Positions 18,493 to 27,125 of a stretch of 64,000 bases of DNA are shown piece after piece. Numbering within the stretch: the first letter of the stretch is position 1; each line of letters opens with the position of its first letter. The position numbers and the translations under genes are program-made. The notes beneath the pieces were generated by a model. It saw nothing but the letters and a program-made list of their open reading frames with translations, had not been told where the DNA came from and did no database searches. This stretch comes from Candidatus Shapirobacteria bacterium (GTDB lineage Bacteria; Patescibacteriota; Microgenomatia; UBA12405): positions 8,521-72,520 of the forward strand of contig DPKG01000014.1 of NCBI GenBank assembly GCA_003542615.1. Reading direction: 5' to 3'.

Positions 18493-18864
18493 TTAGGCAA
18501 ACAGAGAATTATAAAAATAGTGAATCAGGATGGCAAGTATAAGGGTAAGGTAGGAAGCGGAAGTTTTGCGGGTGTAATATTGGAGATAAAAAAGTGAAAC
18601 ATGAAGTAGGGTAGTGGTGACAAGGCGAAGAGGAAGGTCGGAAAAGTTTCCCAGGGCAAAAAAATTGACAAGATAAAGTACTGTTTCGGACAGGGAAAAG
18701 GTAATTCCCAATAATAAAGGAAATATCCATGAATTTTTGGAGGGGGTAAATTTAACCAGGAAAAATTTGAATAATTCTTCGACGAGATGAGGATAGGGAA
18801 TTAGGGTCTCAATTAACCAAAGAGGAAAAGGGGCAAAGAGGCAGAAAATAATTGGAATAGTCAT
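18493..18864 (-). CDS. small hypothetical membrane protein
   Basis: 123 aa, 4 predicted TM. Confidence 0.35.
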   Translation of the reverse strand: MTIPIIFCLFAPFPLWLIETLIPYPHLVEELFKFFLVKFTPSKNSWIFPLLLGITFSLSETVLYLVNFFALGNFSDLPLRLVTTTLLHVSLFYLQYYTRKTSASYLTLILAILIHYFYNSLFA

Positions 18865-21657
18865 TTAGGGTAAATTCCGTTCAATAAAATCCTGACTGAT
18901 CCAGCCTTCAACATTGATTCTGGTGAGAATCACTTTGACCCAACGTTTGGTCTCAACTAAAATTTCAGCCGTTTGATCTTGAGTTAGTTTGTGGGTGACA
19001 CTGGAATTAAAGGAAGGTTTGGAATAAAGATAGACAGTGTCGTAACTGGGAACACGGATATTAATTTTTGAAAGAGGGGCACTGGAGCTGGAGGGAGCGG
19101 GAGATTGAATTTCCTGGACCAGGAGGCTGAGTATCCAGCCCTGAGTTGAATCATAAGAAGTCTGTAGCCATTTTTCGCCTAAATCGTTGTATTTTTCGGA
19201 ATAAATAGGAATTTCTATGCCGGAGGGAATGGTGGTAATTAAAACGGAATTGCTGTCGGGTTGACTGCGAAGGTTGATTTTATTACCGTTGGTAGGGGCA
19301 ATAATGACTTTTTTAAGAATAGAAAGGGTGGGAGTCGGAGTTTGGGTGGGGGTAATTTGAGGAGTATTGGTGGGTTCTTGCGGGGGTTTTGTGGGAGATG
19401 GTTCGGTTTTCTGTGAAGGGGTGGGGGTAGCATCTGTAGTGGCAGAAAGGACAGAAGGGAGAATGGCAGATTTTTGGGGTCGGCTTTGAAAAATTTGGTA
19501 AGTAACAGAAGAAGATAAACCAAAAGAAAGCCCTACTATGGCGGCAATAGTAATTCCTCGATGAATTTTGGGAGAAGCACGGGGTTTGGTGGGAGGGGGA
19601 ATACCATTGTCTTGGGGTTGGCTTGGGGGAGCTTGAGAAGTGGAATAAACGGGAGGAGTAATGAGAGAAGGTGGGGTGGGTTTGGGGGGGGTGAGAGATC
19701 TAATGTAAATTGCCAGGAAAGCAAAGCCGGCCACAAGTACTATAATAATACCCCAAACCGATATGGCCTGAACTCCCCCGATGAAGCCGGAAAGGGTACC
19801 GATGGATCCGGCGGATGAAACTATGGTTTTTAGGCTCTCGAGATTGCGGTTGACTGAATCAAGTTCAATTTTGGTTTCATAATAGCCTATGATTTTGTCT
19901 TCCGGGAGTTTGGCTTGTTTTTGGAGAATTGTTATTTTGTCAAGGGAGGCAAGGATATTTGAGTGGAGGGTGGTACCTTGGGCAAAATATGAGGTATTTT
20001 TGAGGGGAGCAAAAAGTTCATCAGCCTGTTTTTTGAGGGAGTCAATTTTTTCTTGAGGAATAGTCCAAATATCTTCAACTTGAACTTCAAGAATGATGGT
20101 TCCTCCCGGTTTTAGGGTGATATCTGCAGAGGCATAATAGACAGATTTGGTGGCGTCAAATTTTATTTCTAATTCAGGAGATTTTTTAATAATATTTTCC
20201 TGTTTTACTTCTGAGGGGAAATAATAAAGATAAGGAACTGTTTGAGTGGAAGTTTTAGAAGGATTGGTAATTAAACTTTTGAAGATGATACTGCCTTCTT
20301 CAAGCCAGGAGGTGATGATGGGTTTACTGACAACTGTTTCGAGTAGGGTGCGGTTGGTACTAAGGAGTGCCTTCATAGCCAAAACCTGGTTCATAAGTTC
20401 AGAAAGATCGGTATTTTGGGTAATATTGTTGTTGGTAATGTTTTCGACATTGGAAACAGAGTTAATGGCAGCGATATCGGTAGAGAGATCTTTGACCTTG
20501 TCGTAAATATCGGTAGCAGAAAGACTCCCCCATTTTTCAAGTAAATCATTAAGGTCGAGAGTACTATTGTCGATGGCTTCGATGGCTTCTTTGACCTGTT
20601 GGATACGGCCAAAAATTGAAGCAGTGTTTGAGGTGTCGGAGGTAGAACCGATTGAATTTTCAATGGAGTCTACATAAGCCTTGAGAGTGATGATTTCATC
20701 GTAGGCGGTAGTTGATTTGCCATTGAAATTTAACTCGGAACGGAGGGCGGTAGCAGTGGTGTAAGCGCCATTGGCGGCATTGTAGATGGTAGAGGCAGAA
20801 TTGGTGCCCCATTTATCGATAAGACACTGGACCTGACCAAAAACAGAGTCGTCGGTGCAGGTTTGGGTATTGTTGCCTAATTCTGATTCAAGAGAGTCAA
20901 TATAATTTAAAATATCGGTAACACTATAAGTACTCCATTTGGCTAGAATATTGTCGGTGTTGGTCTGAATGGTGGTGACTGAAGTTTGGAGAGAATCGAC
21001 TTTGGAATCGATGGTGACGAGATCATTTTGAACTGAGGTAAGCTGAAGAGAGATATCGGAAAGACTGGTGCCGACGGAATTGACGGTGTCGGTGGTGGCA
21101 AGGGTGGCACCGTTGTCGAGAGTTGGAGAAGAGAGGGTTTTGGAGGTGTGTCCCCAGATATCACTAACCAAAGTACCAAATCCAGAGAGAGAACGATCAG
21201 AATAAGTCCAGATTTCCTGGACAATATTTCCAAAGGAACTGATAGTGCGGTTATCGTAACTCCAAACTGATTCGGCGGTATCTTGGGTAATAGTAAAGCT
21301 TTTGTCCAGACACATATAGCCATCAATGGTAGTACAACAAATTTGGCTACGGTATAAACCAAGTGGTTGACCGGAGGTGCCGATATCGTAGGAATACCAA
21401 CCGTCAGCGGAGGGGGGAAGTGTAGCGGAATTAATAAATACGGTACCATCCGGATAACGAGCGGTAAGAGTACAGTCAGCATCGGCTACGGGAACATATT
21501 CATCGTTGAAAAGAAATTCACCAACGATACAATCAGCAGTATTGGTACATTGCTGATATTCTCCGGGGGCGGCAGATACGGGAAAGGCCGGGACCAAAAA
21601 AAAGATCCCGGCTAAAAGAATTTTTAGCCATTTGCAATATTTTGTTACCGTCTTCAT
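18865..21657 (-). CDS. large surface protein: signal peptide, Cys-rich N-domain, helical region, TM anchor, Pro/Thr-rich linker, two C-terminal SH3b-like domains
   Basis: 930 aa; N-terminal 'LVPAFPVSAAP' signal; TM 'WGIIIVLVAGFAFLAIYI'; 'PTPTPSQKTEPSPTKPPQEPTNTPQITPTQTPTPT' linker; two ~60-aa SH3b-like repeats ending in W-rich motifs. Confidence 0.6.
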   Translation of the reverse strand: MKTVTKYCKWLKILLAGIFFLVPAFPVSAAPGEYQQCTNTADCIVGEFLFNDEYVPVADADCTLTARYPDGTVFINSATLPPSADGWYSYDIGTSGQPLGLYRSQICCTTIDGYMCLDKSFTITQDTAESVWSYDNRTISSFGNIVQEIWTYSDRSLSGFGTLVSDIWGHTSKTLSSPTLDNGATLATTDTVNSVGTSLSDISLQLTSVQNDLVTIDSKVDSLQTSVTTIQTNTDNILAKWSTYSVTDILNYIDSLESELGNNTQTCTDDSVFGQVQCLIDKWGTNSASTIYNAANGAYTTATALRSELNFNGKSTTAYDEIITLKAYVDSIENSIGSTSDTSNTASIFGRIQQVKEAIEAIDNSTLDLNDLLEKWGSLSATDIYDKVKDLSTDIAAINSVSNVENITNNNITQNTDLSELMNQVLAMKALLSTNRTLLETVVSKPIITSWLEEGSIIFKSLITNPSKTSTQTVPYLYYFPSEVKQENIIKKSPELEIKFDATKSVYYASADITLKPGGTIILEVQVEDIWTIPQEKIDSLKKQADELFAPLKNTSYFAQGTTLHSNILASLDKITILQKQAKLPEDKIIGYYETKIELDSVNRNLESLKTIVSSAGSIGTLSGFIGGVQAISVWGIIIVLVAGFAFLAIYIRSLTPPKPTPPSLITPPVYSTSQAPPSQPQDNGIPPPTKPRASPKIHRGITIAAIVGLSFGLSSSVTYQIFQSRPQKSAILPSVLSATTDATPTPSQKTEPSPTKPPQEPTNTPQITPTQTPTPTLSILKKVIIAPTNGNKINLRSQPDSNSVLITTIPSGIEIPIYSEKYNDLGEKWLQTSYDSTQGWILSLLVQEIQSPAPSSSSAPLSKINIRVPSYDTVYLYSKPSFNSSVTHKLTQDQTAEILVETKRWVKVILTRINVEGWISQDFIERNLP

Positions 21658-21754
21658 TACTTTTTAATAGTGATACTACTAACATGATAGCGTAATTTTA
21701 GAGACAGGTGAAATAGCTAAAAATCGTTGTTAATATATCAAAATATAGAAGACG

Positions 21755-21787
21755 CAAAAAAAGGGAATCGATGATTCCCTTTTTTTA
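21755..21787 (-). terminator. bidirectional intrinsic terminator hairpin
   Basis: AAAAAAAGGGAATCGATGATTCCCTTTTTTT: an 8-bp perfect stem with A/T runs on both sides. Lies between tatA copy A and the 930-aa gene. Confidence 0.5.
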
Positions 21788-21810
21788 AATAAATACCTAT
21801 GAAATAAGGT

Positions 21811-21969
21811 TTATTTTTTATTTTCTTCTTTGCCGGAAAAAGCTTTACGGAATTCTTTAATGGCATCACCAATTCCACGACCTAATTCAGGTAATTTTTT
21901 ACCGCCGAAAAGGAAGAGCAAGACGACGGCAATGATTATGAGCTCAGTTGAGCCAATATTTCTAAACAT
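21811..21969 (-). CDS. tatA: TatA/E family protein, copy A (52 aa), not in ORF track
   Basis: Manual translation MFRNIGSTELIIIAVVLLFLFGGKKLPELGRGIGDAIKEFRKAF...: N-terminal TM helix plus the 'FGxKKLPE' TatA signature and an amphipathic helix. Confidence 0.65.
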   Translation of the reverse strand: MFRNIGSTELIIIAVVLLFLFGGKKLPELGRGIGDAIKEFRKAFSGKEENKK

Positions 21970-22011
21970 TGGTGCCTCCTAGTTAATTAATAAAGAGTTT
22001 GATAGTGTTTG

Positions 22012-22146
22012 TTAGCTTTTTAGAGACTTTTTGATCTCTTTGATGGCTTCAGCAATACCCTTTGAAAGTTCCGGCAACTTACTTCCACCGAAAAGGAAGA
22101 GGAGTATAACTCCAGCTAGTATTAATTCGGGTGTTCCTATATTCAT
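22012..22146 (-). CDS. tatA: TatA/E family protein, copy B (44 aa), not in ORF track
   Basis: MNIGTPELILAGVILLFLFGGSKLPELSKGIAEAIKEIKKSLKS. Confidence 0.6.
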   Translation of the reverse strand: MNIGTPELILAGVILLFLFGGSKLPELSKGIAEAIKEIKKSLKS

Positions 22147-22164
22147 AATTGTTGTTTTGCCTCC

Positions 22165-22896
22165 TTAACTTATCTTAATTGAGTTTTTTAGATTTGCAAT
22201 AGGATAAAGACTTTTTTGAGGATTAAAAAGTAAGGTCCCTTCAAACAATAAAGCCAAGGGAACAAAGATTAGAGACATGGATAAAATATCGGTGGGAGGT
22301 AAAAGAATATCAAAAATTAAAAGACCGGCATATACGTATTTACGTTGAGCAGTGAGAATATTTCTGTCAATAACACCGAGACGAAGTAAAATTGTTAAAA
22401 AGATGGGAAGTTCGAAAACAATTGCCATACAGGTACCCATGACTACAACCTGGGTCAAAAAAGCTTCAATGTCCCAAAAATTACCGATATTAAATTTCTG
22501 ACTGGTATTGACGTAGATGTCGATGACAAACTGGAGGATACGAACACCAAAAATAAAACCGGCAATAAAAAGAATTATACTGATAGGTAGAAGTTTGGTA
22601 ATAAGACGAAATTCATGAGGACGAAGAGCGGGTTTGATAAATCCCAGAAGTTCATAAATTAAAAGCGGTCCGGCAAAAATAATGCCGGAAAGAATACTAA
22701 TGCTAATAGCCAGATTGATGAATTGGTAGGGCGAAACCAGGACGATATTAATATTTTCGAGGTTAAAAATAGAAATAAGACTTGTGATTATCCAACGATT
22801 TTTGACAGCACCAAAAATAACACCAATAACAAAGGCAAGAGCGACCTTAAAAACTTTTGACCGGATCTCGTTTAGATAATGGTCGAATTGGGGCAC
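22165..22896 (-). CDS. tatC: Sec-independent protein translocase TatC
   Basis: 243 aa, 6 TM; N-terminal 'HYLNEIRSKV' (TatC LxEHLxELR region), 'FELPIF', 'LLPPTDILSMS' (TatC LLTPPD motif). GTG start. Confidence 0.7.
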   Translation of the reverse strand: MPQFDHYLNEIRSKVFKVALAFVIGVIFGAVKNRWIITSLISIFNLENINIVLVSPYQFINLAISISILSGIIFAGPLLIYELLGFIKPALRPHEFRLITKLLPISIILFIAGFIFGVRILQFVIDIYVNTSQKFNIGNFWDIEAFLTQVVVMGTCMAIVFELPIFLTILLRLGVIDRNILTAQRKYVYAGLLIFDILLPPTDILSMSLIFVPLALLFEGTLLFNPQKSLYPIANLKNSIKIS

Positions 22897-22898
22897 AT

Positions 22899-23054
22899 TT
22901 ATTTCTTGTTACCCTGATCTTCGAAGCCTTTACGAAATTCTTTGACTGCGTCACCAATTCCACGGCTTAATTCGGGTAATTTTTTACCGCCGAAAAGAAG
23001 GAGCAGGATAAGACCTAATATGATTAATTCTGTGGTTCCGATGTTGCTGAACAT
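22899..23054 (-). CDS. tatA: TatA/E family protein, copy C (51 aa), not in ORF track
   Basis: MFSNIGTTELIILGLILLLLFGGKKLPELSRGIGDAVKEFRKGF... Confidence 0.65.
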   Translation of the reverse strand: MFSNIGTTELIILGLILLLLFGGKKLPELSRGIGDAVKEFRKGFEDQGNKK

Positions 23055-23070
23055 AAATTTGAATTAAATT

Positions 23071-23205
23071 TTAATTTTTGAGAGCTTTTTTAAATTCTTT
23101 TATGGATTGAACAATGCCACGGGTAAGTTCAGGAAGTTTTCGGTCGCCGAAAAGGATGAGTAAGATTATACCTAATAAAATTAATTCGTTGGTACCGATT
23201 CTCAT
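23071..23205 (-). CDS. tatA: TatA/E family protein, copy D (44 aa), not in ORF track
   Basis: MRIGTNELILLGIILLILFGDRKLPELTRGIVQSIKEFKKALKN; ATGA overlap with copy E. Confidence 0.6.
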   Translation of the reverse strand: MRIGTNELILLGIILLILFGDRKLPELTRGIVQSIKEFKKALKN

Positions 23206-23384
23206 GATTCGTCCTCTTTGTTGATGTCTTTTTTAACGTCTTTAAGTTCTTTATTGATGTTTTTGAGTTCTTTTCCGGCTTGACCGGCACCTTTGGCTAA
23301 TTCACTGACTTTTTTACCACCAAAAAGAAGAAGTAAAATAAGGAGAAAAATAAGAATTTCGGTAAGGCCAATATTATTGAACAT
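23202..23384 (-). CDS. tatA: TatA/E family protein, copy E (60 aa)
   Basis: The track ORF 23202-23420 is trimmed to the internal Met 'MFNNIGLTEILIFLLILLLLFGGKKVSELAKGAG', which gives the TatA signature. Confidence 0.6.
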   Translation of the reverse strand: MFNNIGLTEILIFLLILLLLFGGKKVSELAKGAGQAGKELKNINKELKDVKKDINKEDES

Positions 23385-23428
23385 ATAAGGAATCTTAAAT
23401 ATAAAACGACAAAAGTTCAAGTAGCAAA

Positions 23429-23938
23429 TTATTTGAGGGAAGCCAGGGTGGCTTTGGATTTGGTGTCTTTGAGAGTTTTACCGGTGCTTCCAGGAATAGT
23501 ATGTGAACTGACGAGCTCATCCCAGACTGCGTCGGCAATGGCATTGATATCTTCGACAGTGACAGTTGAAGTTGCGGCTACCAAACCAGCAGAATTTGAT
23601 GATCTGACTGAAACTTGGTTGACGTTGGTACGGTCACTGACGTTACTGTTGGCGTTGACAAGATTAACGGCATACTGACCATCTTCAAAGGTAATAGTAT
23701 AGGGTGGTAATATCTCGATAACTCGGGCAAAAGTAAGACTTCCTAGGGTGACTTCAGTGTTGTGGTTGTGGGTCTTTAACAAGTAGATTCCATACACGGC
23801 GGCTTCGTAGGCTTTTAAGGCTAATCTAAACCAATTAAGGTCCAGTTCTCTGATTTCCGTGGGAATACTTTGAATTAAAGTCATGTCTTCCCTAGGGATG
23901 AGAATGACAAAGGTAAGGGGGTCTATAGAAATGGCCAT
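23429..23938 (-). CDS. hypothetical protein (169 aa), last gene of the virion-like operon
   Basis: No signal peptide; Ser/Thr/Val-rich C-terminal half. No family recognised. Confidence 0.4.
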   Translation of the reverse strand: MAISIDPLTFVILIPREDMTLIQSIPTEIRELDLNWFRLALKAYEAAVYGIYLLKTHNHNTEVTLGSLTFARVIEILPPYTITFEDGQYAVNLVNANSNVSDRTNVNQVSVRSSNSAGLVAATSTVTVEDINAIADAVWDELVSSHTIPGSTGKTLKDTKSKATLASLK

Positions 23939-24162
23939 TAGCTACCTCCAGCATAGACTCGAGTTTGGATAGCAACTAACTGTTTATTGATGTTTTCAAA
24001 CTTAGAGTCGTACTGTCTGATAATACCATCCAAATCTTTGACTTGCTTTTGTAATTTCTTGACTAATTCTTCGGTTAATTGGTTGTAGACAATAATTGCC
24101 TTGATATTGTTGATGGTGTTTTTTTCAAAAATCTCTCGTAGTTGTTGTTCGCCGGCATCCAT
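23938..24162 (-). CDS. hypothetical coiled-coil protein (74 aa)
   Basis: Heptad-rich, Lys/Gln/Glu-rich; start/stop overlap with the 23429 gene. Confidence 0.35.
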   Translation of the reverse strand: MDAGEQQLREIFEKNTINNIKAIIVYNQLTEELVKKLQKQVKDLDGIIRQYDSKFENINKQLVAIQTRVYAGGS

Positions 24163-24220
24163 ATTTGTATTCTAATGATACGACAAGTGACTGATATGTT
24201 CAATGATCGGAGAATTATTC

Positions 24221-24514
24221 TTACTTCTTAAAAAAACTTTTCTTGGTTTTTGGGGTTTCAGATTCATCGCTTTCATCAACGGCTGATTCGTTATCTTTGG
24301 TTGGATTTTCCATATATTTTTCAATTTCTTTGCGGATTTGATAAGGATCATATCCCGATGTCAGGTACAAATGATATCTATTTTCAAAAAATATAACAAC
24401 ATTTTTCTGAAGTGATTTTTCTTGAGCTTCCTCTTTGATTTTGAGTGCTTCACTGCGGGATTTGACCTTAGTGAATACTATGTGTTTATTTAAATCTTCA
24501 AATGTTTGTGGCAT
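24221..24514 (-). CDS. hypothetical protein (97 aa), acidic C-tail
   Basis: No family recognised. Confidence 0.35.
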   Translation of the reverse strand: MPQTFEDLNKHIVFTKVKSRSEALKIKEEAQEKSLQKNVVIFFENRYHLYLTSGYDPYQIRKEIEKYMENPTKDNESAVDESDESETPKTKKSFFKK

Positions 24515-24534
24515 AAATACTTTTAATTAATATT

Positions 24535-26304
24535 TTAGGTATCACTTGTACGGATGGCGGTAGCGGTGTTGTTGGAGTTAGTTTGTGACCAGGGAGCGAT
24601 ATATTGTTTGATGGGGGTATTGTTAACTTCACCTCCATCTCTAACTATAATAACTAAGCTTAAAGCAGTAACATCGCTATGAACACTAGTAAAAGAGAGG
24701 GAGCCCGGCGCACCGGCCAGGTCATCTATATAGGAAATATAAACACCATTGCTGATACTGGCATTAACTGTTAAAAAATCTGCTACATTAGGGACGTCAG
24801 CTTCGGAAGCTGCTGGGTCAATAGTAAATGTTTTACTAGTCGTATTAACAGCAGTATATATTAGTCGTCTTTCAAAGCCATCATTGTCGATAACCCTAAT
24901 AGTTCCACTTGCCGGAGTATAGTCGGGGACAGCATTGACTACGACTGAAGTAATATTGTCAGCAGCTAAAGCAGTAGAAAGTGTCATTTGGGTCTTGTTG
25001 ATGGCCGGATCGTTATTGCTATCGACACCAAAACGAGGGGCAACTAATACCCGATCTTCGCCATCTACCAGGCCAGCCAAGGTGTTGGTAACATAGTTTG
25101 GCGGAGATTTTGGAGCATCACCTTCCAAATCGGAAAGAGAATCGCTTGATGATAAATCGGTTGGTTCAATACCTAATCCATAAGCACCGATGATAGCTGA
25201 ACCGGTAGAAGCACCACAGAAAGGTTTAGAAACGGTACGCTCAAGGTAAGACGTTACCGAGGCCACTCCGGTGGCACCAGTGATAGAACCGTTGGGGGCA
25301 GCTCCAGTTAGAAGCTGAATATATAAATGGGTGGCTGATGTAGTGCTATTGGCGGCGAAAAGCTGACCAGTGCCAAGGGTAGCGCCAGCACCCCAAGTTA
25401 ATAACTCAGGTTCGACAAAAGTTCCAGTTGATTGGACGACTGTTATGTCGTGGGTGATGCCACGGAATAATTCACCGCTGATACCATATAAAGTAGTTGC
25501 AGATGAACCATCACGGGAAAGATATTTAGTGTATTCATAGAAATCGTTGATGGTAGTATGGGTACCGGAAATGTTCCAATCGGAATAATAATGTTCATCC
25601 TCAAGATTGTTGTCTATGTCCAATGCAGCGTAACCTTCGGTATTAGTGTAGTCAGTACTCCAACCGGAGACCGTGCCGGAATCCGTTTGGTTGTTAAGGT
25701 CGGTGGAATCAGTCAAAGCCAAAACGTTGTTACCCCGGGCGGTAGCATTGATGGTAAACTCCGAGTAAGTATAGCCGAAACGGCGGCAGGTACCGATAAG
25801 TTTTCTGCCATCAATGGGGTTTCCGCCGGATACGGTTTTGATCATAAAACGGTGAGAGATACCGGAGGTGGCGTCGGCATTTAGACCAGCATTGTTATAA
25901 TTCCAGAAACTTAAGGCACTGCTTATAACAGCGCCATTTTGGATGATTCTGATTTGGACGTCAGCATTACCGAAGTTAACGATACCGTCGTAGATGTCGT
26001 CACCATCATTTTGGATGATAGAACCATCGTATAGATGTTCGGCGGCGGTGGCATCGATATTGTAATTATTTATTAGGGTAATAATGTTATCGGTGGACCT
26101 GGCAGAAGGATTAAGACTGGTAATATCGAGTTCGTCGTCTCCAGCAGCAACAGCATCGTCGGCTAACCCCTGGAGCCAACGGTGAAATTCAATGACAGTA
26201 GCATAAGACGGAGTACCACCGGTGCCGTCGTGATCGCCACCGACATATCTAATATCGTTGGCTACTCCACGGGTAATTGTCCAGTCAGTTGCAACTAGTG
26301 CCAT
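24535..26304 (-). CDS. phage virion-like fibre/receptor-binding-like protein, paralog 1 (589 aa)
   Basis: No signal peptide; Gly/Thr/Ser/Asn-rich; shares 'LTDSTDLNNQTD' and 'INDFYEYTKY' blocks with the 27118 gene. Local GC is clearly above the window average. Confidence 0.5.
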   Translation of the reverse strand: MALVATDWTITRGVANDIRYVGGDHDGTGGTPSYATVIEFHRWLQGLADDAVAAGDDELDITSLNPSARSTDNIITLINNYNIDATAAEHLYDGSIIQNDGDDIYDGIVNFGNADVQIRIIQNGAVISSALSFWNYNNAGLNADATSGISHRFMIKTVSGGNPIDGRKLIGTCRRFGYTYSEFTINATARGNNVLALTDSTDLNNQTDSGTVSGWSTDYTNTEGYAALDIDNNLEDEHYYSDWNISGTHTTINDFYEYTKYLSRDGSSATTLYGISGELFRGITHDITVVQSTGTFVEPELLTWGAGATLGTGQLFAANSTTSATHLYIQLLTGAAPNGSITGATGVASVTSYLERTVSKPFCGASTGSAIIGAYGLGIEPTDLSSSDSLSDLEGDAPKSPPNYVTNTLAGLVDGEDRVLVAPRFGVDSNNDPAINKTQMTLSTALAADNITSVVVNAVPDYTPASGTIRVIDNDGFERRLIYTAVNTTSKTFTIDPAASEADVPNVADFLTVNASISNGVYISYIDDLAGAPGSLSFTSVHSDVTALSLVIIVRDGGEVNNTPIKQYIAPWSQTNSNNTATAIRTSDT

Positions 26305-26403
26305 ATTATTTTAAAAATTATTTTAGAGGTAAATTTATAAATTAGTTAATGAAGTTATATTGTTTATAGCTTTTTAAAATTTGGATGTCAATGACAGGTT
26401 ACC

Positions 26404-26916
26404 CTAAGCCTTTTTGAAGCGGTCGGAAATGTAGAAATTGGTAATATTGTCGCTTTTTCCATCAATAAAATCGTTTAGAGTTTTTTGTCCTAAAGCTATA
26501 ATTTCTTGAAGATTGCTGTTGGTATTGTTGGTAGAAATATAGTTTAAAAATTCACTAAAGGTGACATCGGGAACAGCGGCCATTAAGCTGATAAAACTAT
26601 TAAAAACAGAATCCTTGGAGGCTTCAAATTTGACAAAATCTTGATTGACCAAATCACCGACCTTGGTATCTTTGTCTAAAGTTTTTAAAATATCCATTAA
26701 AACCAAAGATTTAACCAATAAAAAGTTTAGATTCATTAAAATATTACAAGTGGCTAATTGTTTTTTGGTGTAAAGTTTTGGTTTATTGTCAGTATCGGTC
26801 CAATAACTTAGTTTTTGAGGAGAATTGTTACTCCCCTTTTTAAGCATGGTATTGGGAGGTCTTACCCAGTTTCGATTCTTTTGGAGAATTTTTGATTTTT
26901 TGGAAGGATTAATCAT
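26404..26916 (-). CDS. hypothetical protein (170 aa)
   Basis: Basic N-terminus; no family recognised. 4-nt overlap with the upstream gene suggests coupling. Confidence 0.4.
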   Translation of the reverse strand: MINPSKKSKILQKNRNWVRPPNTMLKKGSNNSPQKLSYWTDTDNKPKLYTKKQLATCNILMNLNFLLVKSLVLMDILKTLDKDTKVGDLVNQDFVKFEASKDSVFNSFISLMAAVPDVTFSEFLNYISTNNTNSNLQEIIALGQKTLNDFIDGKSDNITNFYISDRFKKA

Positions 26917-27125
26917 CTTTGGGAGCCTTTGGAATAAATTAAGGCTAACATTTCAAGCATTTGTTTTTGTAATTTGGCAAATTTGTGTTGATAATTATTA
27001 ATTATATCCTGTTTGTTTAGAATATCTTTCTCCAGATGTCGAAGAAGTTTTCGGATTCGTTTGGCTTTTAAAACAGCTTCTTGGAGTTTTTGGGAGGAGG
27101 AATTTTCAAATTCTTCTCTATTCAT
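26913..27125 (-). CDS. hypothetical small helical protein (70 aa)
   Basis: Coiled-coil-like; overlaps both neighbours. Confidence 0.35.
   Translation of the reverse strand: MNREEFENSSSQKLQEAVLKAKRIRKLLRHLEKDILNKQDIINNYQHKFAKLQKQMLEMLALIYSKGSQR

Noticed and set aside
19239-21615. Plus- and minus-strand ORFs nested in the 930-aa gene (e.g. 19239-19523, 19561-19818, 20943-21482)
   Set aside because: They are alternative frames of a Pro/Thr-rich coding region, producing proline-rich artefacts.
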